Part shown: piece after piece, positions 13,283 through 24,329 of the stretch | Position numbering within the stretch: position 1 is the first letter of the stretch | Layout of the letters: each line of letters begins with the position of its first letter | DNA from: Craspedostauros australis | Lineage: Eukaryota | Reading direction: 5' to 3' | Assembly (NCBI GenBank): GCA_030167865.1 | Contig: JALAGF010002631.1 | Coordinates: 1 to 34,367, forward strand | DNA length: 34,367 nucleotides | Translations under genes and position numbers: made by a program | The notes under the pieces: model-generated | The model's input: only the letters and a program-made list of their open reading frames with translations | The model's database searches: none | Told to the model about the DNA's origin: nothing

Positions 13283-15251
13283 CTATTCCCCATCATCCAT
13301 CGCGTCGTCGTCATCCGTTTCATCCGCGGCTTGTTCATCCTCCTCTTCGCTCTGTTCTTCCTCCGACTCCTCGTACTTAATTTTCTTGGTGGCCGATCGC
13401 CTCGGTGTTGCCCTGCGTGGCGTGGAGGATGACTTCTTCTTGGTCTTCTTGGCTGCCGCCGCACCGTGGTCGCTTGCATCCTCATCAGTGCTGGCATCGT
13501 TGTCGCTGTGCAGTGGAACGGAAGAGTCGCTGTGAACATCGTCTCCAGCACCTTCTTCTGCTTCCTCCTCGAATTCCAGTTTGGACGGAGTCGGCCGTTT
13601 GCGGTTTGCCGCAGCCTTCGTTGGTGTTTTGCGCGAGGGGGTGCTGCGTTTGTTCTTGCTGTTAGCTCGTTTCGTACCGACACCATCAATCGAACGGTTG
13701 GATCCACCAAAATGATGCAGTATTACGTCGTCGTTGCCGGTAGTCGTCGTGTCGCCGCTATTGTTGTCATCGTGTGTGCTGCCTTGATTGACTTCGTTTG
13801 ATGCTGGCTTCAAGGATGATGTGGCAGCTGAATTCCACTTGTCTCTCTCCTCCATCGGTTCCCACTTTGGCTCGCCAAGGATGATAGCTGATGAGAACAG
13901 GCTCTGCATGTGCGAGTGCAAATGCGACACGGATGTTGGAGATAGCATTCGATGGCGGCGGTCATAACAGCAAAAGCAACAGCAGCAACACAATCAATTA
14001 TGGCAATAACATTGAATCCAGTCAGAGTATTCCAGTATCGACCAGATTGCAATTCAAAACAAATGTGATCCAAGAAAAGTGACAAATGGGGTCGTTCAAT
14101 ACAACTCAAACGCACAAGAAGACAGCTCATTTGCTGTGCCCTTGTCCTTTCATTCAGCATGCTCGCGCGCAAGCAGCAACACGTACCTTGCACGTCACCG
14201 TTCCCCTGCGCTTGGCACTGCACGACAACACCATGAATTTTGTGGACGTCTCCACTTTCTTGCCAGGAAAGACGAGAACCTGATTTGCGAATGGCACACG
14301 CAGGGATGGCGTTTCGGTAGCTACTCCCATGAGCATTCCAAGGGATATCATGGCATCTGCAGATTTGGATGAGGCGGCTGCTGTTGCTTTCTTCGGTGAT
14401 TGTGCCGATTTTGGCACATCTGGTGGTAACGCAACATCTTCCTTGTCGTCGGGTTTGCCGTCCTCTTTTGGCACGTCATTATGTTCGGCGTCGGCCGCAG
14501 CGGCGGCGCTGTCGCCCGCTTTCGCGGTCGTTGCTGTTGTTTTGGCATTTGCCTGCGGGAGTCTCCCCTTCAGCGAGAGCTGTCCCGGAAAGATAATGAG
14601 GAACCTGCCCTTCTCCTTGGCGACGTTGGGCAAGTTGGTTGCTTGTTTGGTGAGTTGGATGTCCGTCCCGCTGCACTGGTGGATCAGCGGGCCGGGAAGG
14701 AGCCGTGGCGGCGCATCGTTGGCTTCGCCATCCGCATTGATTTCAGCCTCGTTGTCGATCATTGCGTCGTTGTCTGTCGCAACTGCAGTCTCTGCGTTTG
14801 CTTCAATTCCGTTGTTGCCAGTGTGGTCGCTGTTGGTATTGGTGTTGACGTTATCGTTGTCGCTGATGGTTGGTTGACAGACATTTCCCATCACAACTAT
14901 GTCTTCGCAAACGTTGGTGCTCTGGACGCTCACAGTATGCTCGTTCATGCCACCAGCGTCGTTTGGGGCATCGCTCGCGGTGTGTATCGCTCCGTCGTCG
15001 TGCCCATCGCCATGGTCAACACCGTCATGGCCACCTTGGCCCACCTTCGACTCTTCCGATGCGACCGCTTGGGTTGGTTCTGTTGGTGGTGGTGGCAACT
15101 CTCGAGGCAGATGCAGAACGGAGAGTTTCGTTTGGACTGGCCAATCTTTCGGCAAAGTGGGCAGCTCCTTCTTCTTTTGCTTCTTCTGTGGCTTCGCCTT
15201 GGCGGTTGCCTGCTTCTTCCTAGACGCCGCCGTCCCCTTCTTCGACCTCAT
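13283..15251 (-). CDS. RHL1-like (topoisomerase VI accessory subunit-like) nuclear protein; exons 15251-14187, 13903-13283
   Basis: Phase-0 intron 14186-13904 (GTACGT...TGCAG) joins VTCK|SLFSSAIILGEPKW. Core blocks KGRFLIIFPGQL and LGMLMGVATETPSLRVPF...VLVFPGKKV..STKFMVL resemble plant RHL1 as recalled. Lys-rich N-terminus and basic/acidic C-terminus. The gene structure is secure; the family call is moderate. Confidence 0.65.
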
Positions 15252-15782
15252 GGTTGCAGGCTTTCAGTTGATACGCTGCTTTGGCATGCAATGGATCTGG
15301 ATCGTTCCCTCTTCGCATCCGCGATGGATCTTTCGTCACAGGTGGATGCAACTGTGGTCATCACACAACGATCCAAACAAACAAACCAACAAAACGCCAA
15401 AAACGGTGACAGCAACAACAAAAAACACGAACGTCGGGAAGTGTCTTCGATTTTGACACATCCGACTGTAACTAGAAAGGGATTTGGCGCGAAATCCGAA
15501 GCGACGCGATTGATTGCTACGAATCAATTCATGTAGCACGTCATAATTGTGTATGCGTTTGTGTGCGACTGTCATTTGATGACATGTTCGCGCCAAATCG
15601 TTGGCGAGCACAAAGAATAACAACAACAACGACAACACACAAACGAAACCGCCCATAGCGATCAATACGCTTACTCTACTGTCATCATCATCATTCATCA
15701 TTACCATCGACGCAGCCATCGTCGTTCGCCTCAACTTCATCTCGCGACGATCATCACGAGCGTGAGAATCACACACTGGCAC

Positions 15783-17936
15783 ATGCATGCCAATCGGTGC
15801 AGCATCTTTGCGCTTGCGGGTTTGCTGTTGGCACCACGAACAACGGGATTTGGGTGGAGACGGTTCATGTCAAGAGCGGCGCAACGACATCTCGCACACA
15901 GTCACCCCCACACAAACCGTCACGGCAGGGGCATTGAAAGTCACGGAACGTTCCACACGCCTCTCGCATTCCTATTTCCAGCGTCAGCATCAGCGTCGTT
16001 TTATTCATCTTCGTCAACCACCAACATGAAAAAGGAGAAGTCGGAAGAATGCTGCACGCAGCAGGCGCCGACCTCGCTGCAACTGTTTGAGGATTGGATG
16101 CACCATGATGATGTCGCCTTCCATCATTTTTCCAACGACGAAGCGGAACAAATACGAAACGCATTGCTGACATGGTACAGGGTCAACCGCCGGAAGTTGC
16201 CATGGCGAGGTGATGCACCGCCATTCGACGGCAGCACGGCTAGTAAGAAACGCAAGAGATCTTCGTCCTCATCGTCATCCACAACGAAAGGCAAGCAGAC
16301 CAACCTAACGAGCTTCTTCGCCACCAAAAGTACGCCGAGCGATGCCACCAACAGACGGTTGACACGAAGTGCAAAGAAGATGGCGGCGCGAGAGCAGTCG
16401 GCAGATCAAGATGAAGCCATCAGTGGTGGCACGGAACAATGCAACAATGCGGACACACCAGTCGAAAAGGCCATCGCCGTCAGCGCCTACGGAGTCTGGG
16501 TTAGCGAGATTATGCTGCAGCAAACTAGAGTCGAGGCGGTCATTCCATTCTGGTGCAAATGTAAGTTGGTGCGGTAGTTGCAGTTCTGCGGTTTCACAAA
16601 CGTGGAGACGCCTGGGCACACTGGAGCCAAACTGTACCACATGCCGCTCACCACCTCACCCACAAACTCGCCATTCTGACTTTGTCTTCGTCTACACTGG
16701 GTTGCAGGGATGAAATCGTTCCCGAGCGTGCACGATCTCGCAGCGGCGTCCGAAGACGATGTCAATGCGCACTGGGCGGGCCTCGGCTTTTACCGTCGCG
16801 CCAGGCTCCTGCACCGTGGTGCCAAGGACATCGTGCAACGGCTGGATGGGAATGTCCCCAATACGGTCGAGGAACTGCTCAAGATCGATGGAATCGGTCC
16901 CTACACGGCATCTGCGATCGCCTCCATCGCCTTTGGTCGCAGCGTGCCCGTAGTCGATGGCAACGTCTGCCGCGTTCTATCACGTTTGACTGGCATTGCA
17001 AATCACATCAAATCACCGGCGTTGAAAGACAAGCACGGCTGGGATCTGGCGCGGCAGATTGTGGAAGCGGGGGATGGTCAGCATGCCGGCCAGGTCAATC
17101 AGGCAATGATGGAGCTGGGAGCGACCTACTGCGCACCATCCGGCACCGGCATGGATGAGAAAGATCCGCTCAAGTCGTTCTACATGTCGACTAGGTTGGG
17201 ACGCATGTACGGCGATATCATCGCGACGACTGGGCAGCGGCCGGACCGTAGTATGGAACAAACTAGACGATCGCAATCACAAACAAGTGGCCGCTGCGTC
17301 TTGTGCGATCCCGAAGGTGTGGACACCGCATTGGATCGATTCCAAGAGATCACCAGCAAGTTCGACGATTCCAAAGATGACGATACTGGCGACGCGTTCG
17401 CAAGAGCGGGCCATGAAGTGTTTCCGTTGGCTCCACCCAAAGCCAAACGCAGAGAGGAGGATCTGGCCGTTGCCTGCATCAGCGTGAAATGTGATGGCGC
17501 AGTTTGGTGGCTTCTCATCAAACGTCCAAGCGAAGGTTTGCTGGCGGGACAGTGGGAGTTCCCCGCCGTGCTGTTGCAAATTCGTGAAAAGGAGTTCAAG
17601 GTACCGAAGCCGCGCAGTCGCAAGAGCAGACTGACCGCCTTCCTTGACGAGATATCCAACCACGATAACGACGAGGAGAATGCCTTCATCAAACGGCAAC
17701 AATCGAAGGCACCGATCGAGCACATCTTCAGCCACGTCAAGCACGTTATGTGGGTGGAGTATTTGCACTGCGAAGGGAAGGGCACAACCAACCCGATCCA
17801 AGCCAAGAGCTGGACGACCCCGGATGAGAGGGAGGTGCGCTGGATGCGCGAAGCGGACATGATGAAGGTCGGCATCACCGCGCGAGTCAAGAAGATCATG
17901 AAGGTCGCCAAGCAACAAATAACAACAACGTCTTAG
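15783..17936 (+). CDS. MUTYH: A/G-specific adenine DNA glycosylase (MutY/MUTYH); exons 15783-16560, 16708-17936; alternative in-frame ATGs at 15867 and 16026
   Basis: RRKLPWR, YGVWVSEIMLQQTRV, WAGLGFYRRAR, HhH motif IDGIGPYTA, VVDGNVCRV, NQAMMELGA, KRPSEGLLAGQWEFP and HIFSH loop. Intron 16561-16707 (GTAAGT...TGCAG) gives KWMKSFP. Confidence 0.95.
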
Positions 17937-18282
17937 AGTAGATGCATTTAATTTGATTTGATTTCTCGACTCTACGATTCGAATACGATAATCCTTTCGG
18001 ATGGCACTGGCATGAATGTACGTAAGATGTGATGTGCGCGTGTTTGTCCGTCTGTGAATAGCGGTCCGAATCCTACACTTGCGCACACTCTGCTGCGCAA
18101 TGTCTTTCTGCAACTTGTGAGGGATGATAGCGTCCTCACTCGAAACAGATCGCGCAAGGTAGAGTGTGGCATGCAAGTTTTGGGATATGCCGAGATGCAC
18201 CCATCGCAGCCAGCGGTGCTGCCTTCTCTTCACGCTTCTCTTCTCCCGATATATGATACTATCCAATGATGTAACATGCGAT

Positions 18283-20235
18283 TTACCAAAGCATCGCCAG
18301 GCCACCGACCAGAGTAGCTGCCACGGTGGAGATCCCGACGATCGAGCCAGCCGCGGCGGACGTAGGGGCCGTGGTTGGAGCTAAGGTTGGGGCCGCGCTG
18401 GCAAGTGGAGTTGGGACCGCGCTGGGAACCAGGGACAGGGTCATTGATGGAGACTCCGTGACCAAGGCATCGAGCGTCAGGTTTCCTGGAAAGATGACAC
18501 CGTCAATAAAGTGCATGACGCCATTGTCGGCCAAAACATCCGGCATGGTGACCATGATGCCGTTGACAGTGATCATCTCTCCCATCCTGGTGATGTTGAG
18601 CATCTCTCCCGAGATGCTCTGGACCATCTGGCTTCCTTCCATGATCTGTTCCTTGGTCAGAACGCCCTCGACGACGTGGGCCTGCACGACCAGGTCTTGG
18701 ACATCCGAGCGTCCAAAGAAAGCATCGTAGCCTTGTTTGTTGTCCATTTCGAGCTGGCTGAACACGGAGTTTGTCACAGCAAAGACTGTGTGCCCCACCG
18801 AGGTGGAGAGTGTGTTCGCGACTGCGCCGAGGCTGTTCACGAGGTTTGCGAATGTTCCCAGGTCCGCGTGAGCGCCAGCCACTTGCGGCAAAGTCATGCC
18901 CACCCACGAAGGCGTAAGGACGCCATCGATGATGTGCACGAAGCCAGGGTTGAAGGCCTTTTTGTCAGCGGTGGTGACCGTGGCGTTGCCGTTGATGGTG
19001 ATGCTGCTGGTGTTGCTGACCGAAACCGCGAACGTTTCCATGTTGGCAGCCTGGACGTCTCCGCTCATGACCATGCTGGATTCGATGGCTGCTCCGTCGA
19101 CGACGTGGTACAGCAGTAGGTCCCTGAGATGGGTGATGTATGCGAGAGTCTGGATCTTGGCGAGGAAGTCGCCTGGGACGGAGTCGAAGGCCATGTTGTC
19201 GGGGGCGAAGAGGGTGACGTTCGGAGACGTATCCAGCACGTCGACGAGACCGACCATTTGCGTGAGGTTGGCCAGGATGGAGAGGTTCGGCTCTTCCATG
19301 ACGATGGTGGCGACGGTTGGGGGGATGAGGAGCTGTTCGATGAAGCCCACCACCCCGTTTCCAACCGCGGACAATTCATGAATCGCGACACCATTGACGG
19401 TGAAATTCAGGAAACTGTTTCTGAAGAGAGCGAGTTCGAAGCCTTGGATGGTCGGGAATGGTTGTGGCGGCTTGCCGAACAGGGCATTGTCCAGTGATAT
19501 AGGGCTATAATTTGCGTCCAAGATGTGATACTCGATGAGACTCTTGAGAAAGTCGGGAGATTGGATTTTGTCTGCCAATCCTGTGATGTTTGCGAGAGCG
19601 TCTTGAATTGCAGCGTCGGTGGGGGCCATGAACGTGAGCATGCGGTCATTCGACAGCTTGGACAGGAGGCCTGTCTGGTTGGCAAGAGCGATGATGGTGT
19701 CCGCGCTTCCTGATTCGGCCATCTTCTCGACGATCGTCAAATCGAAGTTGGAAGGCCACAAGGGCTTGTCAAGGATGTGAAAGGCGGATCTTTCGACAGG
19801 TACGTCACCTTCGATGATCGAGGCGTTGAACTCAGGAAATGAGACTACGAAGTCCGAGGAAACGGAGACCAGAATTGGGCTTTGCACGATATTCTTGTAT
19901 ACCTCACCGTCGATGAAGTCGAACTCTGAAACGCTGTCGGAAAGGATGTGCGGGAGCATGAGCTCGGTTGTGTGGCCTCCCCATTCAAAGGGTGCAGTGT
20001 CGGTCTGCATATCAATAATCAGTTGCTGGTTGTGGGAGGCAAAGCCCTCGTCTCTGCTCGCGAGGTACGTGATGGTCCTGCAAGTTCTGCTGAACCTGCC
20101 ACCTGACAGCTGCAGGTCCAGAGCTCCCATGATGGAGAACGCGGGATCATTGTCAAAGGTGTCACGGATCCTTTGCCCGTTGGCGACGCCTACCACGCCT
20201 GCCAGGAGCCATGCGCGAGATGTTCCGAACTTCAT
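18283..20235 (-). CDS. Secreted, probably GPI-anchored multi-FAS1 (fasciclin) cell-surface protein
   Basis: Signal peptide MKFGTSRAWLLAGVVGVANG. FAS1 motifs TFMAPTDAA, TLFAPDNMAF, TVFAVTNSVF, LLYHVV, GFVHIIDGVL and NGVMHFIDGVI, plus a degenerate first repeat (AFHILDKPL). P/T/S/A-rich stalk and hydrophobic C-terminus. Confidence 0.92.
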   Translation of the reverse strand: MKFGTSRAWLLAGVVGVANGQRIRDTFDNDPAFSIMGALDLQLSGGRFSRTCRTITYLASRDEGFASHNQQLIIDMQTDTAPFEWGGHTTELMLPHILSDSVSEFDFIDGEVYKNIVQSPILVSVSSDFVVSFPEFNASIIEGDVPVERSAFHILDKPLWPSNFDLTIVEKMAESGSADTIIALANQTGLLSKLSNDRMLTFMAPTDAAIQDALANITGLADKIQSPDFLKSLIEYHILDANYSPISLDNALFGKPPQPFPTIQGFELALFRNSFLNFTVNGVAIHELSAVGNGVVGFIEQLLIPPTVATIVMEEPNLSILANLTQMVGLVDVLDTSPNVTLFAPDNMAFDSVPGDFLAKIQTLAYITHLRDLLLYHVVDGAAIESSMVMSGDVQAANMETFAVSVSNTSSITINGNATVTTADKKAFNPGFVHIIDGVLTPSWVGMTLPQVAGAHADLGTFANLVNSLGAVANTLSTSVGHTVFAVTNSVFSQLEMDNKQGYDAFFGRSDVQDLVVQAHVVEGVLTKEQIMEGSQMVQSISGEMLNITRMGEMITVNGIMVTMPDVLADNGVMHFIDGVIFPGNLTLDALVTESPSMTLSLVPSAVPTPLASAAPTLAPTTAPTSAAAGSIVGISTVAATLVGGLAMLW

Positions 20236-22082
20236 CTTGCTGTTGTTGTTGCTGTTGGTATTGCTATGGCTGTTGTGGTTATTCTTGATGTTCTAGTTGT
20301 TCTCGTTGCTGTCGTTAACGATTGGCAAACGATTGGCAATCGGCGAAGGATCTGTCCTGTTTTGTCGGACGAAAATGGCGAGGATGAGAGTGGGAACGCA
20401 GCGATGAGAGGGATGGAATTGTGAGGTGGTTACACAACAGACAGAACATGGCAGGACGAACGGGACGCACAGAAGAAGCGCAACAACAAAGACTCCGTGA
20501 CCACCGCCCACAGGTGACACTCATGAGCGATTCAGACAATCAAACATGTGGAAGACTTGTGCTCAATCTGCCTTTGTGTTTGAACGCACCTGTCTGCTGG
20601 TTGGCTGGAAATCTTTTTTGTGTTGGTGACTGCGCACTTTTCCGTATTGTGGGGTATGGAACAGAGCAGAGCGGAGATTCCAGGCAGCTCTCGTTTTGCA
20701 GTCTTTGTCGGTGATTGTGGCGCTTTGTTTGTTTGTTCATGCCCTGCATCGTATCCGCAGTCAGCCTCGCGCTCTTGTTGGCTTTGTCCAATTGTTCGCC
20801 TCCCGAACACTCATCCGATGCGGTCGTTTCGCGGTCGTCTTGGTGGTTGTTTGCTTCCTTGGCAGTTGTGTGGCTGTTGTTTGGTTGGCGTTTCCTCGTT
20901 TGTCCGTTCGGCACTTCCCGCGTCCCGTTCACCAAGAAGGATTGGGAGAAGGAAGCAGCGGCAGTATTTTCATTGGACCGTCAGTGCGCAGTACTGTGCT
21001 CTAACGTAGTACTTGTGTTCTTCTTGTGCCGCCCAAACAAAGAAAAGCCCCTTTGGAGCGAATGTCTCTGCGTTGTCGCATGACACAACGAGCGGACATC
21101 ATTTATTGAGGACTTCCACCAAACGCTTGTCACATTCGAATCTTCCTCTTTTTCTTGGTTCAACAGCAGCTGCGAACCCGAGGACGAACACGAGACCACA
21201 GCGCGTGGAGGCATTACGAGCTTTGCACAAGCAACAGTGTCCCTGGAACTCATGACTCAATGTGTGTGACTGAAATACCGGCAACCTGTCGCGCAACACC
21301 GGCGCCATGGAGTACACAGACAAGCGGACAAGGCCAGAAAGATACTCACACCTTGTATGCAGGCGCCTGCCTACACACCTGAGCATAGCACATAGTATGT
21401 AGTTTTACATTCTGGTACTATGAGCTCCATCTGTAAATCTTGTCACAGGTAGGTACATTCCTCCAGCCATTTGCGTGCGCATGTACGCACGGTGGATGTA
21501 CGTTCGATTGCTCCTTTGTTGCCTGCCTGCTTGTACTACTACAATACCTTCCCGGCCGCGTTTGTCCAACATCGCTCCGCGTTGTGAGATAATCTTCCTA
21601 CAGGCGGGGCAGTGGGGAAATCGATGACTCTGGGGTACGACCTACTCTCCTCTGGAGTACATATAGTAGAATGGTAGAGTACTCTCCTCTCCTCTATCTA
21701 CCTCTGCGGTGGCTTCCCCCGCCTGAAACATATGGCTGTGTTGTATATTATCATAAAATGACATTTTATGTAATAGTCGTATGTAACACAGGTGTTGCCA
21801 ACAACCATAATCGTCTCGAGGATCCGATCTTCCGTAGAGGTTATTCGTATAATCGAAGTCATATCTCGAGAGAGAGGCAGCAGCAGCTCTATTGCCACAC
21901 TGGAGCGACCTTCCAAGTCATCGGCGTGGTTTTGGTGTTGCTTTCGGTTTTCACCTGCTAATCCTACTGTCTTCAACTACCTATGCTTCTTCCACTAATG
22001 CCACTAATAATGCCACTACTGATGCGTCTACTGTTGCCACTACTGTTGCTGCTACTGCCTCCGATGATCATGATGGCGTCAG

Positions 22083-23512
22083 TCAGTGGAATCCGTTCAC
22101 AGCGTCAACGGATGCGACGCCGATTTGGCGACGCGCCTCGTCCATGAGCTTCAAGTTCAGCATGGTCTCATCGAGCGTGAATTGGGGCGCCTCGAGCTTG
22201 CCGGCTGCGATGCATCGCGCCACACCGGCGGCCTCGTACGCGAATCCCGCGGAGTTGGGATAGAAGTACCCACCGGCCTTCTTGATCTCCTCCGTGTCTT
22301 CCGGGAGAGCGTATTCGTACACGTTACTTTCTGCCTTGGCTCCACGCCCGTCGGCCTTCACGTCGACAGTCAACCTCGTCGGACAATGGCCGGGTGACTG
22401 CAATGTCATGCGTCCCTTCGTTCCGATCATGGTGGTTTCCTCCACGCTCTCGCAAAGAACTCCGAAGCTCAGGACGGCCACTCCAGCGCCAGGCAGCTTG
22501 GGTGTCGATTCATCCACGTTGCTCTCGTCCATGGCGGGCTGTACGTTGCTGGTGGGTGGGAAGGACATTGTCATGCCGACCTGCAGATCCACTCCTGTCG
22601 TGGCATCCAGCTGTCCCACGGCCTTGATCTGATCCGGCTCGGAATTTGGGAAGAACATGGTCGCGGCCGCGAGGGGGTACGGGCCGACCACCAGGCTCGA
22701 TCCTCCACCGAGCTTGCGGTTGTAGAGGAAGGAGTCGGGGTAGGTTTCCGAGTCGGCCGCATTGAAATTGAAATCCGAAATGACCTGCACCACCTCACCC
22801 AATTTCTTGGCCGAATCGCCGGATCCGGTTGCGATGTCGCGGGCCTTTTGCACTGCAGGGAAGAACCGCGTCCACATGCCCTATTGTTTCGAGTGTTGAT
22901 GATTTGGTGGTAATTTGCAATCGATATTGAGTGAGAGACGGTGTTGAATGGAAGTGAGCACGGCATCATGTACTCTGCGCTTCTGCAAGCATCGTTCCGC
23001 ACCTTGCGCATGACCGCTATCACTGAGATGAAGCGTTGCACGCAGCAACCAGCGCAGTGGGTGCAATCACAGGTATTTGCACACTGAAGCCTTACCTCCA
23101 TCACGAAGACGCCCTTCTTCTTGGCCAAATCGATGAGATACTGTCCATCCTCCACGCTGCACGCGAATGGCTTCTCCACAAGAACGTGCTTGCCGGCGTT
23201 GATGCATTTCTCTGCCGTCTCGCGACGGAATCGATGGATGTTCCCCACGTACACGATATCCACCTCACCATCGTCCAGCAGACCATCGTATCCACCGTAC
23301 GAACGGGCCACACCGTGCTTCTCGGCGAATGCGACGGCGCTGTCCGCACTGCGAGCCGCGCAGGCAGTCACGGTCTGCGTCGGCAGGTGCTTCAGTGCCT
23401 GCGTGAAGTCGTGCGACACGCGGCCGCATCCCAGGATTCCCCATCGCAGTGGTGGGCATTGCAGAGGATCGGCGACCGTGCGGTCGTCCATCGGCGGTGG
23501 TAGGATTGCCAT
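22083..23512 (-). CDS. Gfo/Idh/MocA-family oxidoreductase (dihydrodiol/D-xylose dehydrogenase-like); exons 23512-23096, 22880-22083
   Basis: LRWGILGCGRVS Rossmann motif and KHVLVEKP. Phase-0 intron 23095-22881 (GTAAGG...AATAG) gives VFVMEGMWTRFFP. C-terminal GFAYEA...MDEARRQIG. Confidence 0.92.
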
Positions 23513-24329
23513 CGTGGAAGAGCTTGATGTCTGTATGCGTTGTTGGGTGGCTGGTTGAATTCGCTTTTTTGAATATCTTATGCGCTGTTGTTGGTTGTTG
23601 GAGGTGCGAACTCTGAGCCTGGTCTCGGCCTGTCTCTTCCGACAATCTTCGATCTTCCTTTGCGTTCTGCTGAACCGAATTATGTGCAGTACTACTATGT
23701 GCTGAACGTGCATGCAGAGGTGATGAGCGTTTGGGGAGATCTCTTCTTGTCGCTGGAAACGAACCAACCGATGACGACGATCCCAATTCGGCGACGTGTG
23801 TGTTGCGGATTGTTTCGGTTTGCAAATCTTCGTTACGTCATTGGCTCAGCGATGAAATTCTTCCACGGACACAGAATTCCCATGAGCTCCTCATTCCTTG
23901 ACTCGGACGGAACGATCTTTGGAATCGTGGATGCGATCCATGTTCGCAATTCTTGTTTTGGCGTCTTCTTTTCCACTCTCCTTCTTTCGTGTTCGATCGA
24001 CACAAGAAGTGGACGAGGACGCACCCACCCACGACAGAGCGGTCAACACACACCAAGAAGAAGAAGAGGTCAGCCACCGGTCCCCTTCATTGGTCAACCC
24101 CAGCAAGATGACCTCACACATTGTATGAAGATCCTGCCACAATAGGAGGCTTGAATTGGATTGAGCGAGCCTCAGGTCGAGCTTGATCGAATTGCAGAGC
24201 AAAGAGTTAGAATCCCTGCAGTACGACCAGAGAGCAAGAGAGCAGGGCGGCAAAGCAAGAAAGCAAAGAGACGACAAGGGAACGAGCAAGTCGTCACGCC
24301 ATCTGTCGAACGAGAATCGTGTGGGAATC

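Noticed and set aside
14481-15536. 351-aa + strand ORF
   Set aside because: Antisense to the RHL1-like exon 1, with composition typical of a shadow frame.
10936-17190. A coordinated metal-sparing gene cluster (PCF11 Zn finger loss plus MUTYH Fe-S loss)
   Set aside because: The genes act in unrelated pathways, and SF1 and PCF11 retain other Zn fingers; proximity is probably coincidental.
17277-18305. 342-aa - strand ORF
   Set aside because: Antisense to MUTYH exon 2, with no domain features.
20236-22082. Short overlapping ORFs in the fasciclin upstream region
   Set aside because: No codon bias, domain motifs or consistent splice structure; treated as non-coding.
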